Shown here in pieces: positions 24,584 to 32,421 of a DNA stretch of 48,627 nucleotides (position 1 is its first letter; each line of letters opens with the position of its first letter). The DNA lies in NCBI GenBank assembly GCA_002366755.1, contig DFBV01000018.1:15508-64134 (forward strand). The letters run 5' to 3'. Below the pieces are notes generated by a model. The model had not been told where the DNA came from, searched no databases, and saw nothing but the letters and a program-made list of their open reading frames with translations. The position numbers and the translations under genes are program-made. Origin of the DNA: Anaerolineales bacterium UBA3071 (GTDB lineage: Bacteria > Chloroflexota > Anaerolineae > UBA3071).

Positions 24584-25636
24584 TCACACTGCCGCACCAG
24601 TTTCGACGATCGGTTCCCAACTGTGAACTTGGCCTGCAACCAGCAGGTCAGCGATGGCATCCGTGATGGGCAGACCGGTGAGTAGTTCAATCCAGTACCA
24701 CAGTCCTACTGGATTGATCTCCAGAAATACATAACGGCTATCGGGGGTCAGCACCATATCAATGGCCCCGTAAACCAGACCGAAGCTTCTGGTCAACTCG
24801 ATGCACAGTTGAGCGATGGGCAGCAGCAGTTGATGCACGCGGTGAGGCGTATTGTCGAAGTCATAGTGGCGCCAGTCGTGCCTGGTGCGTTCTGAGGCCT
24901 GGGAATGAATCTCGGCGGCGAAGACCCGATTACCGACCACGGTGACTCGAAGCTCAATCTCCTTCGGAACGTACTCCTGAAACAGATTGGCGGCGTAGAC
25001 TACTGAATGAAGGTGAGCCAAATCAGCCTCTTCGACCGGGGTAGTATAGATACCGCCATATCTGGATCCAGGCGGAATCATGCCTCGTTCTAGCTTCTCT
25101 TCACTGACAAAAGGGGCATAAAGGGTCTTGTAGATAACATTGCCTCCGCATTCTTCGTAAAAAGCCTTCACTGCAGTCGGATCGTTGGTGACCAACGTCC
25201 GGGGAACCTCAAGGCCCAACGCCGATGCTCGTTGGAGTTGGACCAGCTTCCGCTCCCCAAGCCGCATTTTGTCAGGGTGGTTGATCCAAAGAATGTGGTC
25301 AAGGTGCAAGATCCCTGCCATGGCCGCCTTGGACTCGGCCTTAGCAAACCGGGCGGCCATGGGCGAGAGCGCAGGATTCACCTCCACTGGATCCGGTCGT
25401 CCCAACCAGGCGCTGTGAATCTCCTGCAAGTCAAGCCGGCGGTGGCTCAAGTCCAAGTCAATGTAGCTATGCCATTTGCCATCGTGATTACTGAAGTACA
25501 GGCGCGAACGTAGCGGAAAATCCGCCGGGTTGAACCGAATGGGACGTGCATTGCGTCGCTCCAACGCCAGGATGATCTTATTGGCATGAAGGTCCCTCTC
25601 GTTGGTGAGAATCAGTACGGTAGGGGCAGATGACAT
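24584..25636 (-). CDS. ATP-grasp ribosomal peptide maturase (MdnC/MvdD graspetide-ligase type)
   Basis: N-terminal VLILTNERDLHA...IRFNPADFP, KL.QLQ.A..LGLEVPRTLVTNDP, DWRHYD, FLEINPVGLWYWIE..TGLPI..AIADLL are all hallmarks I associate with microviridin-type ligases. Confidence 0.8.
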   Translation of the reverse strand: MSSAPTVLILTNERDLHANKIILALERRNARPIRFNPADFPLRSRLYFSNHDGKWHSYIDLDLSHRRLDLQEIHSAWLGRPDPVEVNPALSPMAARFAKAESKAAMAGILHLDHILWINHPDKMRLGERKLVQLQRASALGLEVPRTLVTNDPTAVKAFYEECGGNVIYKTLYAPFVSEEKLERGMIPPGSRYGGIYTTPVEEADLAHLHSVVYAANLFQEYVPKEIELRVTVVGNRVFAAEIHSQASERTRHDWRHYDFDNTPHRVHQLLLPIAQLCIELTRSFGLVYGAIDMVLTPDSRYVFLEINPVGLWYWIELLTGLPITDAIADLLVAGQVHSWEPIVETGAAV

Positions 25637-25657
25637 GTCTCTTTCCTCACTGAAATC

Positions 25658-25692
25658 GGAGGGAGACAGCCCCCATAAGGCTGTCTCCCTCC
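25658..25692 (-). terminator. 13-bp hairpin between precursor and maturase genes (attenuator-type)
   Basis: GGAGGGAGACAGC-loop-GCTGTCTCCCTCC, followed on the minus strand by GATTTCAGTG. Confidence 0.55.
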
Positions 25693-25759
25693 TGCATACA
25701 ACCTTTGACTAATTCAAGGTCGTCGCCGTATGGCATGCTCACTCAGGCTGGACTTCTCC

Positions 25760-26104
25760 TCAGTCGCAATAATAGTCATCCTCGCAGTCCCACTGCCAAG
25801 GTGGCCCGTGGCCAGTGAGATACCGATGGCATGTCTTCTGGTAAGTGCAGCCAAAGATGGGCGTGCCATTGCGGTTCACGAAGAGCTGTCGGTCGGGGTC
25901 GTAGTGGCCATCAAGAACCAACGGCTCTGCCTCACTTGTCTGAGCGAACAGCATGCCGAAGGGGACTTCTTCCCCATTCCAATTCAATCGGGTGCAGTTG
26001 CTCTCAGTTACCAGCACAGATGTTCTAGAAAAAGTGCCTTCTACTGCTGGATTTCGCGTAGATTCTCCGCACGAATCTGCCCAAAATCCGGCAAGACAGT
26101 GCAT
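25760..26104 (-). CDS. Candidate RiPP precursor peptide ending ...GCTYQKTCHRYLTGHGPPWQWDCEDDYYCD
   Basis: Only ORF directly upstream of and co-oriented with the ATP-grasp gene. C-terminus is rich in T/K and D/E, with 4 Cys. Start uncertain (ATG 26104 or internal ATG 25954). Confidence 0.55.
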   Translation of the reverse strand: MHCLAGFWADSCGESTRNPAVEGTFSRTSVLVTESNCTRLNWNGEEVPFGMLFAQTSEAEPLVLDGHYDPDRQLFVNRNGTPIFGCTYQKTCHRYLTGHGPPWQWDCEDDYYCD

Positions 26105-26386
26105 TTTGCTCCGGACACTTGCGAGAATTCACCCGAAAAGCCATGGCAGCTGGGGTGAATTCCTAGCAGGTAACCAGGAGCATCTGCACCCAATTCAATC
26201 GGCTATACATCGTTTTCCTCCTTCGTGATAGGTTGAGTAGTACTCACGCTGACCAACGAAGAACTTGGTACTCCAGATTGCCGCTTCGATCACCCCCTTT
26301 CTAGATGCTTGTACTAGAACTACCCAATTTGCCTGCCACCGACTATTGAGAGTTTGAACGAGTCGGCCAGGCGGACGATGGGACGG

Positions 26387-29080
26387 TCATTCATCGCCCC
26401 ACATCTGATAGGCCGGGGCTACCTGCCTCGCGCAGGTCAGGGCCGTTTGACGAGGATCAGCTTCAACATCAGCACCATCGAAACACGCCAGATAGGCTGC
26501 CGCCTTCTCCTGCGCCGCTGTCAGGACGCTCTCTGTCTCTTCCCCTTGGGCTGCAGCGTCCACGGCTTGATAGAACCAATCGCTGGGAACCCATGTGCGG
26601 AATACATCTCTCAGACTGTTCACATGTATTGGGTTTTCAGGAGGGCTAAATTGATCGAGCGTGTGCAGAATCGCTGCCTGACGATCCTCGCCGACTCTGA
26701 TCCTGTAAGCATCAGACATAGCCACCTGGCGTCGTGCTGGTGTTACATAACCCCAAGCAGGCACGTTCTCATTGGAGAGAGGAATGAAGCGTTCGCTCAA
26801 ATAGGTGATCCAGGTCCAGCATCCCTGGATTTCCTCGGGAGTAGCCTGGCTGGAGATGAAGTAGGCCGTCCCGTAACCGAAGAAACCAGGGGAGCCCTGC
26901 TGTCCCGCCGGGAACGCTGTGTAGCCGATGTCGAAGGTCGGCCTTTCGTTCGGTGGAAATGTGATGTTGCTTTCCCACATGGCTGCACGCTCGCTCAGAA
27001 CCAGTTGCTCTGCTTCTTGCATCTCCTCGTAGCTAAACAGGCTCAAGCTGTACTGAGGTTTGATGCCATGCACTCGATGAAGGTCAACGTACCATTGTAC
27101 GGCGGCCACGCCCTGGGGATCGGTGAAACGAGGCTGAGGCTTATCGCCTGGCTCCCATGCCTCTGCGCCGTGCCATCTCATGATGCTGCCTAAAATCGTC
27201 CCTTCGTTTCGGGCTACGTAGGCATAGCGCTCGTCAGCCCCGTTTTGTTCTGTCAGTGAGAGGCTGAATTGGAGAAATTCGTCCCAATCCCAGTCCAACG
27301 GGGGATAGGGCTGTCCAAGGCCATCGAATAGATCTCGGTTGTAGGCAATTAAGTACACATAGACCCAGGCAGGAAGACCGAGGACTCGACCATCACGAAA
27401 CAAGGGCTGGCGAGATACTTCGAAAAAGTCCTCTGGAGAAAGATTGGGATCACTATCAATCAGCGGCGTCAGATCCAAGAGTACTTGTCGATCAACCATG
27501 TCTATGTGCCAGCTTCCCTCGAAGCAGGGGGCCCGGCGGGCTATGGACTCGTGTTGCGGCCAACGGAAGACGGTTTGTGATGGCGCGTGGAGTTCCACAT
27601 TGACGACGATCTCGGGATGTTCCTGTAGAAAATCCTCGGCCAGTAGCAAGTAGGGTTCCACGTCCTCGCTAACCAGAAAATCAATCTCGATCCCTCCTCC
27701 CGCCAGCGTTGGCCCCGGCTCAGGCTCTCGGACGACGACGGGCTGAACATTGAGGTTGACCTGTTGCTTAACCGCCGCGGCAAGCTGGTCCATGACCCGT
27801 GCCTGAGCTTCGGCCAATGCCGCTTCTACAGGCTCCTGCTCGACGAGGACGGCCTTCAATACCGCGTCCAACCCCTGCCGAACAGGACGGGCCAGACTGG
27901 CATCGCCCAAGCGATCGTCGAGGGGAGGGCTGAAGGCACTTACATTGTCGAACACCCAGCGGAAAGCGGCAGCCACGTCGGGGTGCAGTCGTTCCCAGGC
28001 ATCACTGGCCTTGGCAACAGAGCGGCGCGGCGGCAAGTTGTTGGGACTGTAAAGCACGCCGAGAGGAGGAACATCCTGATAGCTGAGCCAGGAGAGCCAG
28101 CGCCACGCTTCCTGGGGATGCTGGGTGCCGCCGCTGATCATGTAGCCTTTATACTCGATGTAACGGTTCGCCTCGGACGATTGCGGATAGGGCACAAAGC
28201 CGAGATCACGCGAGGAGAACTCGAGGCGATCCATGTCACTCGACAACCCGCCCCACATGGCGACCTTGCGAGCATCAATCAGGTTGCGCTCTTCCTGCCA
28301 GCGAGAACTAAAGCTCAGGCCTTCCAAAACTGGCGCCACCTGATGGACGAGGAATAAGTTCGCATACCACTCTAGAGCGGCAACCATTTGGCTATCGGTC
28401 AGATTGACGCGGGGTGGCACATCCATCTCCAGGATGTCTCCCGCCTCGGCCAGCAACCAGTACCTGGTGTGGCGCTGCTGAGGCAGGAAACCATAGCGCC
28501 GATCGCTCGGGCTATCGGCTGAAACGTAGGTGAGACGCTGAGCCGCCTGCAAGAACTCGTCCTTGGTCCATCCTGGCCGAGGGTAGGGCACGTTAGCCGC
28601 ATCCAGGATCTCCTTGTCATACAAGATGCCCCAAAGGTAGAGAGGGCCAGGGAGCCGGACGATGCGGCCTGTTGCATCTGTGGTCAGCGCGCCGGGGAAG
28701 AAATCATCCTGGTTGAAGCCACGATCGGAGTCGATGAACAGCTTCAAGTCGAGGTAATAGTCCTGCCCCTGGTACCGGGCCGGGATTTGCTGGTACACCG
28801 TGTCCGCTAGCTGTGCAATCTGACGGGGGTAGTCGTCTGGCCACTGCGATCGGGGTCCAAGTTCATTGGTCAAGGAAACGATCTGGATGGAGATACCTGG
28901 GTTCTCCTCCTCAAACTGCTTGGCAAGTTCCAGATAAGCAACCTGTTCGCGGTCTTCGACTGCGAACGTAACAACGGTGGGCTCCAGGTTGTCGAGATCG
29001 TGTTGGGGAGCTGGGCTAGAGGTACAACCCACCACTAGCAGGGTGAGGATCAAGAGTGAGCACGCAAGTCTTGTCTTCAT
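26387..29080 (-). CDS. Double solute-binding-protein lipoprotein (two tandem family-1 SBP domains), paralog 1
   Basis: Lipobox LLVVGC after MKTRLACSLLILT (AAGGAG SD). Two SBP_bac_1/8-like halves. Conserved C-terminal Cys pair. Confidence 0.8.
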   Translation of the reverse strand: MKTRLACSLLILTLLVVGCTSSPAPQHDLDNLEPTVVTFAVEDREQVAYLELAKQFEEENPGISIQIVSLTNELGPRSQWPDDYPRQIAQLADTVYQQIPARYQGQDYYLDLKLFIDSDRGFNQDDFFPGALTTDATGRIVRLPGPLYLWGILYDKEILDAANVPYPRPGWTKDEFLQAAQRLTYVSADSPSDRRYGFLPQQRHTRYWLLAEAGDILEMDVPPRVNLTDSQMVAALEWYANLFLVHQVAPVLEGLSFSSRWQEERNLIDARKVAMWGGLSSDMDRLEFSSRDLGFVPYPQSSEANRYIEYKGYMISGGTQHPQEAWRWLSWLSYQDVPPLGVLYSPNNLPPRRSVAKASDAWERLHPDVAAAFRWVFDNVSAFSPPLDDRLGDASLARPVRQGLDAVLKAVLVEQEPVEAALAEAQARVMDQLAAAVKQQVNLNVQPVVVREPEPGPTLAGGGIEIDFLVSEDVEPYLLLAEDFLQEHPEIVVNVELHAPSQTVFRWPQHESIARRAPCFEGSWHIDMVDRQVLLDLTPLIDSDPNLSPEDFFEVSRQPLFRDGRVLGLPAWVYVYLIAYNRDLFDGLGQPYPPLDWDWDEFLQFSLSLTEQNGADERYAYVARNEGTILGSIMRWHGAEAWEPGDKPQPRFTDPQGVAAVQWYVDLHRVHGIKPQYSLSLFSYEEMQEAEQLVLSERAAMWESNITFPPNERPTFDIGYTAFPAGQQGSPGFFGYGTAYFISSQATPEEIQGCWTWITYLSERFIPLSNENVPAWGYVTPARRQVAMSDAYRIRVGEDRQAAILHTLDQFSPPENPIHVNSLRDVFRTWVPSDWFYQAVDAAAQGEETESVLTAAQEKAAAYLACFDGADVEADPRQTALTCARQVAPAYQMWGDE

Positions 29081-29099
29081 GATTGCTCCTTGCGACAAA

Positions 29100-29186
29100 C
29101 TATCGGGAGAAGGTTTCGTTGAGGGTGTAACCCTGGCCATCGGGCGAGCCGTGCCGGTTGTAGCGGCCCTTGAAGTAGGTGAGCAT
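29100..29186 (-). CDS. Possible 28-aa peptide MLTYFKGRYNRHGSPDGQGYTLNETFSR
   Basis: GAGGAAGGG SD 5 nt before the ATG. Occupies the same position (just 5' of an SBP gene) as the other small peptide genes. Could instead be a degraded relic. Confidence 0.25.
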   Translation of the reverse strand: MLTYFKGRYNRHGSPDGQGYTLNETFSR

Positions 29187-29221
29187 GTTTCCCTTCCTCA
29201 ACGGCAGACCCAGCAGGCTCA

Positions 29222-29435
29222 AATCAAAAAGCGCCAATCTCTCAAGGCACAGGCGTGCCCTGAGAAATCGGCGCTCTTCGCGGAGGCCAAACCACCTTTT
29301 CGCTGTGAATTATGGCGGGCTGTTTCCTTCTCTCTCTCTCTCTCTCTTCAAGAACATCTTATCCTCCCCGAACTTCCCATCAGGCACCACTTCGTGGTCT
29401 TGGCCGGTACAATCGTTGCATGGTAATTCTACCAC
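29222..29435 (-). promoter_or_regulatory. ~200-nt leader, copy A: SD-uORF, (GA)n tract, 20-bp terminator hairpin plus U tract
   Basis: About 85 percent identical by eye to 40533-40733. uORF at 29357..29310 (MFLKREREREGNSPP). Terminator at 29226-29275. Confidence 0.65.
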
Positions 29436-29454
29436 AGCTCTCGTGGTTTGTCAA
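29426..29454 (-). promoter_or_regulatory. Sigma70-type promoter TTGACA-17 nt-TAGAAT driving leader A
   Basis: On the minus strand, TTGACA is at 29454..29449 and TAGAAT at 29431..29426, with a 17-nt spacer. Confidence 0.6.
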
Positions 29455-29518
29455 ATCCGCTTTGCCCGTGGTGACGGAAATTCTAAGGTTCTGCAGCCGG
29501 GCTGGCGGGGCAAACGGC

Positions 29519-29553
29519 GGCAAATGGAAAGCCCCTCGCGGATGCACGAGGGG
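29519..29553 (-). terminator. Terminator-like hairpin with conserved 23-mer, after SBP paralog 2
   Basis: Minus strand reads CCCCTCG-tgcatc-CGCGAGGGG CTTTCCATTTGCC. The 23-mer GGCAAATGGAAAGCCCCTCGCGG recurs at 36803. Confidence 0.5.
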
Positions 29554-29607
29554 CTCAGTGTCGCTTCGGGTAACACTGAGCGACTCAGCCTTTTGTCGGA
29601 TCCGAAA

Positions 29608-32136
29608 TCACGGTGCGTCCACCTCTTGGAAGCAGGCGTCGGCGCTCGCCCGCTCTTCCAGGTCAGGGCGCTGCCGCAGGCAGTTCAAGTAGGCTTCGGC
29701 TTTTCCTTGCGCTTGGCTCAGCGCGGCCTGGGCGCCGGCACCGTGCCAGACGATCTCTTGGGCGGCCTGTATCAGCCAGGTGTAGGCCTTCTTGGACCCG
29801 GGCACCCCTTCCAGGTCGCGGAAGACGTCGGTATGTTGATATGCCAGCGATTCCAGGTAGGCAGCCTGGGCTTCCTCCCCCACGTATGCACGGAATTCGT
29901 CAGAGGCCACCAGTGAGCGACGGGCCGGAAGACCATCCTGCGGGATATGGTCCGAGACGAACTTCAGCCATTCCCAGCAGGCCTCGACGTGGGGGGTGTT
30001 GGCGGCGATGTAATAAGCCATGACCATGCTGCGAGGAGCAACGGGCCGACTGCCCCTGGGCAAAGGAGCAGCGCCGATGGAGCGTCCTTGGTACCTGGCC
30101 CACTCCATCCCCACTGACATGGATGACCGGATCCACATCCCGACCCTTCCGCTGTGGATCAGGCTATAATTCAGATCGTACAACTCGTCGTAGCCACCCG
30201 ACCCCGCTTCCAGAGCGGGAGCGACGCCGTCGGTCACCAGGCCAGCCAGTTGCTGTGCTGCTACCACCACGTCCTGCGTGTCGAAGCGGAAACCGGTCGG
30301 CGTTCCCGGGTTGTCCACCAGCGTCCCTGCCATCGCCTCCAGCAGGAATGCCAGGCTGGTGCCCGGCCATAGGACAACGCCATAGCGCTGCTCAGCGCCC
30401 TCCCCGCCACTCAGTTTCCTGGCCGCCACCAGCCAATCGTCCCACGTCCAGCCCGCTGCCGGGAAGAGGCCGGTCTCGTCGAAGAGTGCCTTATCGTAGT
30501 AAAGCACATCCACTGCGACCTGAGCGGGGAGCCCCCACAGGTCATTTTGATAGCGTACCCGCTCCAACACCTGGGGGTCGTAATCATCAAGGGGAAACCC
30601 GGGGTCGGTTTCAATCAAGGGCTGCAGGTTGAGCACACTCTGGCGCGTCTCCTCGGCGAGCGAGGCAGCGGTGAGGATACAGTCGGCGTGGCTGACCGCG
30701 ATCAGCGCCGCCAGGGTATGGTCTTGAGCAGAGAACTCCTCCGCGCCGCGCACCACCACTTCGATCTCCGGGTGGGTCTCGTGGAAGGCTTGGGCCAGCG
30801 CCTCGTATGTAGACCGGTTCCAAACGGGGACGAAGGTGATCGTATCTTTGCCCGGTGGTGCTGGTGTGGGTAAGGGAGCGATGGTAGGCTCTGGAGCCGG
30901 GGTGGCCTGCGCCAGCGCCTTCTGCTGGGCAGCCGACATCGCGGCTTCTACTGCCTCGCCGGCGAAAATCTGGTCGAGGGCCTGGGAGAGCCACACGCGC
31001 ACCATAACCGGCCGGACGGGGGGCAGGGCATGCTCCACCGCGTACTGAAAGGGGGCCAGGGCCTCTGCCCCGGCTGCGGTGGCGAGGGCGGATTCGAGGG
31101 TCAGGCTGCGCCGGGCTGGAAGGAGATCGGGCGGGGCGGCCTGCCGGCTGAGGAACTGTAACCAGCGCCAGGCTGCTTCCGGATGGGAAGTGCCGGCGCT
31201 GATGAAATAACCGTACACGTCCATCAGCGGACCTTTCCCCGGCAAGGGCGCGACCCGCAGAGAGGGACGATCCCGGACTGCCGCAGCCCACGAGCTGGCA
31301 AGGCCCACCGCCATCGCCGCTCGGCCCTCGAGCAGCGGGGCCAGCAGAGACTCCCCTTCTGCCTGGACCGGGTTGAGCATCACGCCGTGGGTCAGAGCCA
31401 GGTCGGCGTACCACTGCACCGCTGCCACCGTGCGGGGGTCATCCAGCATCGGGCGCGGCGGCTCCACCGAGGGGTCCACGATCTGCGCTCCCTGCACTTC
31501 GATCACTGATTCGAGACCCCCTCCCAGGAGGTCAGCGAAGCCGTAGCGCACGACCTGTCCTCCCTCTCGCTGCGTGAGGCGCTGCGCCTGGCTCAGGAGG
31601 TCATCCCAGGTCCAGCCCGCGGTGGGATACACCATCCCCGCATCGTCGAAAGCGGCCGGGTCGTAGAAGACGACGAGAGGGTCCACCCCGGCCGGCAGGC
31701 CCCACGTACCCTCCTGCCAGCGGAAGCGCTCCAGCAGGCCGGGGAGGAAATCTGTCTCGTCTGGCTCCCCGTCGGCCTCGAGAAACGGCGCTAGGTCGAG
31801 CAGCAGGCCAGATGGTCCGACCTCAACGGCGCCCTCATAAACGATAAAGGTGTCGGCGCTGGAGGCCAGTTGTCGCAGGGGAGTGGATCGCTCCACAGGC
31901 ACAATCTGTACTTCCAGGTCAGGGTGGGCATCGTGAAAAGCGTCGGCAACGGCCTGGTAGATCATCTTGTCGTCCATGGGGCAGGCGAAGGTGAGTCTGG
32001 TCAGATTGCCCACATGAGCAGCGGTCGGCGTTTTTCCTGGGGTGGTGCAGGCTCCCAGGGTGGCAATGAGCAGCACCAGCGACAAACTTAGCCTGCCCGC
32101 TCGCTGAGAAAAAGAACGCACTGTGCGGTCTGGCAT
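29608..32136 (-). CDS. Double solute-binding-protein lipoprotein, paralog 2
   Basis: MPDRTVRSFSQRAGRLSLSLVLLIATLGAC lipobox. Two SBP halves joined by a Pro/Thr/Ala linker. Confidence 0.8.
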   Translation of the reverse strand: MPDRTVRSFSQRAGRLSLSLVLLIATLGACTTPGKTPTAAHVGNLTRLTFACPMDDKMIYQAVADAFHDAHPDLEVQIVPVERSTPLRQLASSADTFIVYEGAVEVGPSGLLLDLAPFLEADGEPDETDFLPGLLERFRWQEGTWGLPAGVDPLVVFYDPAAFDDAGMVYPTAGWTWDDLLSQAQRLTQREGGQVVRYGFADLLGGGLESVIEVQGAQIVDPSVEPPRPMLDDPRTVAAVQWYADLALTHGVMLNPVQAEGESLLAPLLEGRAAMAVGLASSWAAAVRDRPSLRVAPLPGKGPLMDVYGYFISAGTSHPEAAWRWLQFLSRQAAPPDLLPARRSLTLESALATAAGAEALAPFQYAVEHALPPVRPVMVRVWLSQALDQIFAGEAVEAAMSAAQQKALAQATPAPEPTIAPLPTPAPPGKDTITFVPVWNRSTYEALAQAFHETHPEIEVVVRGAEEFSAQDHTLAALIAVSHADCILTAASLAEETRQSVLNLQPLIETDPGFPLDDYDPQVLERVRYQNDLWGLPAQVAVDVLYYDKALFDETGLFPAAGWTWDDWLVAARKLSGGEGAEQRYGVVLWPGTSLAFLLEAMAGTLVDNPGTPTGFRFDTQDVVVAAQQLAGLVTDGVAPALEAGSGGYDELYDLNYSLIHSGRVGMWIRSSMSVGMEWARYQGRSIGAAPLPRGSRPVAPRSMVMAYYIAANTPHVEACWEWLKFVSDHIPQDGLPARRSLVASDEFRAYVGEEAQAAYLESLAYQHTDVFRDLEGVPGSKKAYTWLIQAAQEIVWHGAGAQAALSQAQGKAEAYLNCLRQRPDLEERASADACFQEVDAP

Positions 32137-32163
32137 TTGTACACCCCTCTCACCATAACCATT

Positions 32164-32200
32164 GAGATGAAGCCTCCAGTTCACGCTGAGGCTTCATCTC
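32164..32200 (-). terminator. Perfect 13-bp hairpin between small peptide gene and SBP paralog 2
   Basis: GAGATGAAGCCTC-11 nt-GAGGCTTCATCTC. Confidence 0.45.
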
Positions 32201-32223
32201 GACTGTAGACACAAACAACAGGT

Positions 32224-32421
32224 TCAGCAAGGGCCGGGCCAGTCCCCCAGGCGGAACTCGCAGTAGAGGTCGCAGCTACTGCCTGGTGGGTTGCAGTCCG
32301 GATGGTTGACACAGTGGTAGCACCAGTACTCCCAGTGTTGCTGGGTCTCGTATACCTGGCGCGGCCACAAAGTTACATTTTGAAAACACAGAATAGGACA
32401 CAGATTTTCACAGATGAACAC
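32224..32421 (-). pseudogene. Cys/aromatic-rich peptide (paralog of 44112-44336) whose 5' part is replaced by a MITE-like insertion
   Basis: ...HWEYWCYHCVNHPDCNPPGSSCDLYCE... aligns to WCYYCCNHPDCLPYNCCDLFCE. There is no signal peptide, and the N-terminal 18 codons lie inside the AT-rich element. Confidence 0.5.

Noticed and set aside
26163-26210. 15-codon ORF MYSRLNWVQMLLVTC, with the best SD in the region, as the real RiPP precursor.
   Set aside because: It has no Asp/Glu/Lys/Thr pattern for an ATP-grasp ligase and is very short. It is more likely a uORF or duplication scar, and is mentioned under the precursor finding.
29100-29186. 28-aa ORF read as a relic of an IS3/IS481 integrase C-terminus (…YFKGRYNRHG…GYTLNE… versus …YN..RPH..LG..TP.E).
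   Set aside because: The similarity is too short and weak to call, and no other transposase remnants or inverted repeats flank it. It is retained only as a low-confidence small ORF.
29280-29310. T-box-like string AAAAGGUGGUUUGGCCUCCGCG just before the leader terminator.
   Set aside because: It only partly resembles the T-box consensus (GGGUGGUACCGCG, from memory). There is no specifier-loop/AG-bay architecture upstream, and the downstream genes are not aminoacyl-tRNA related.
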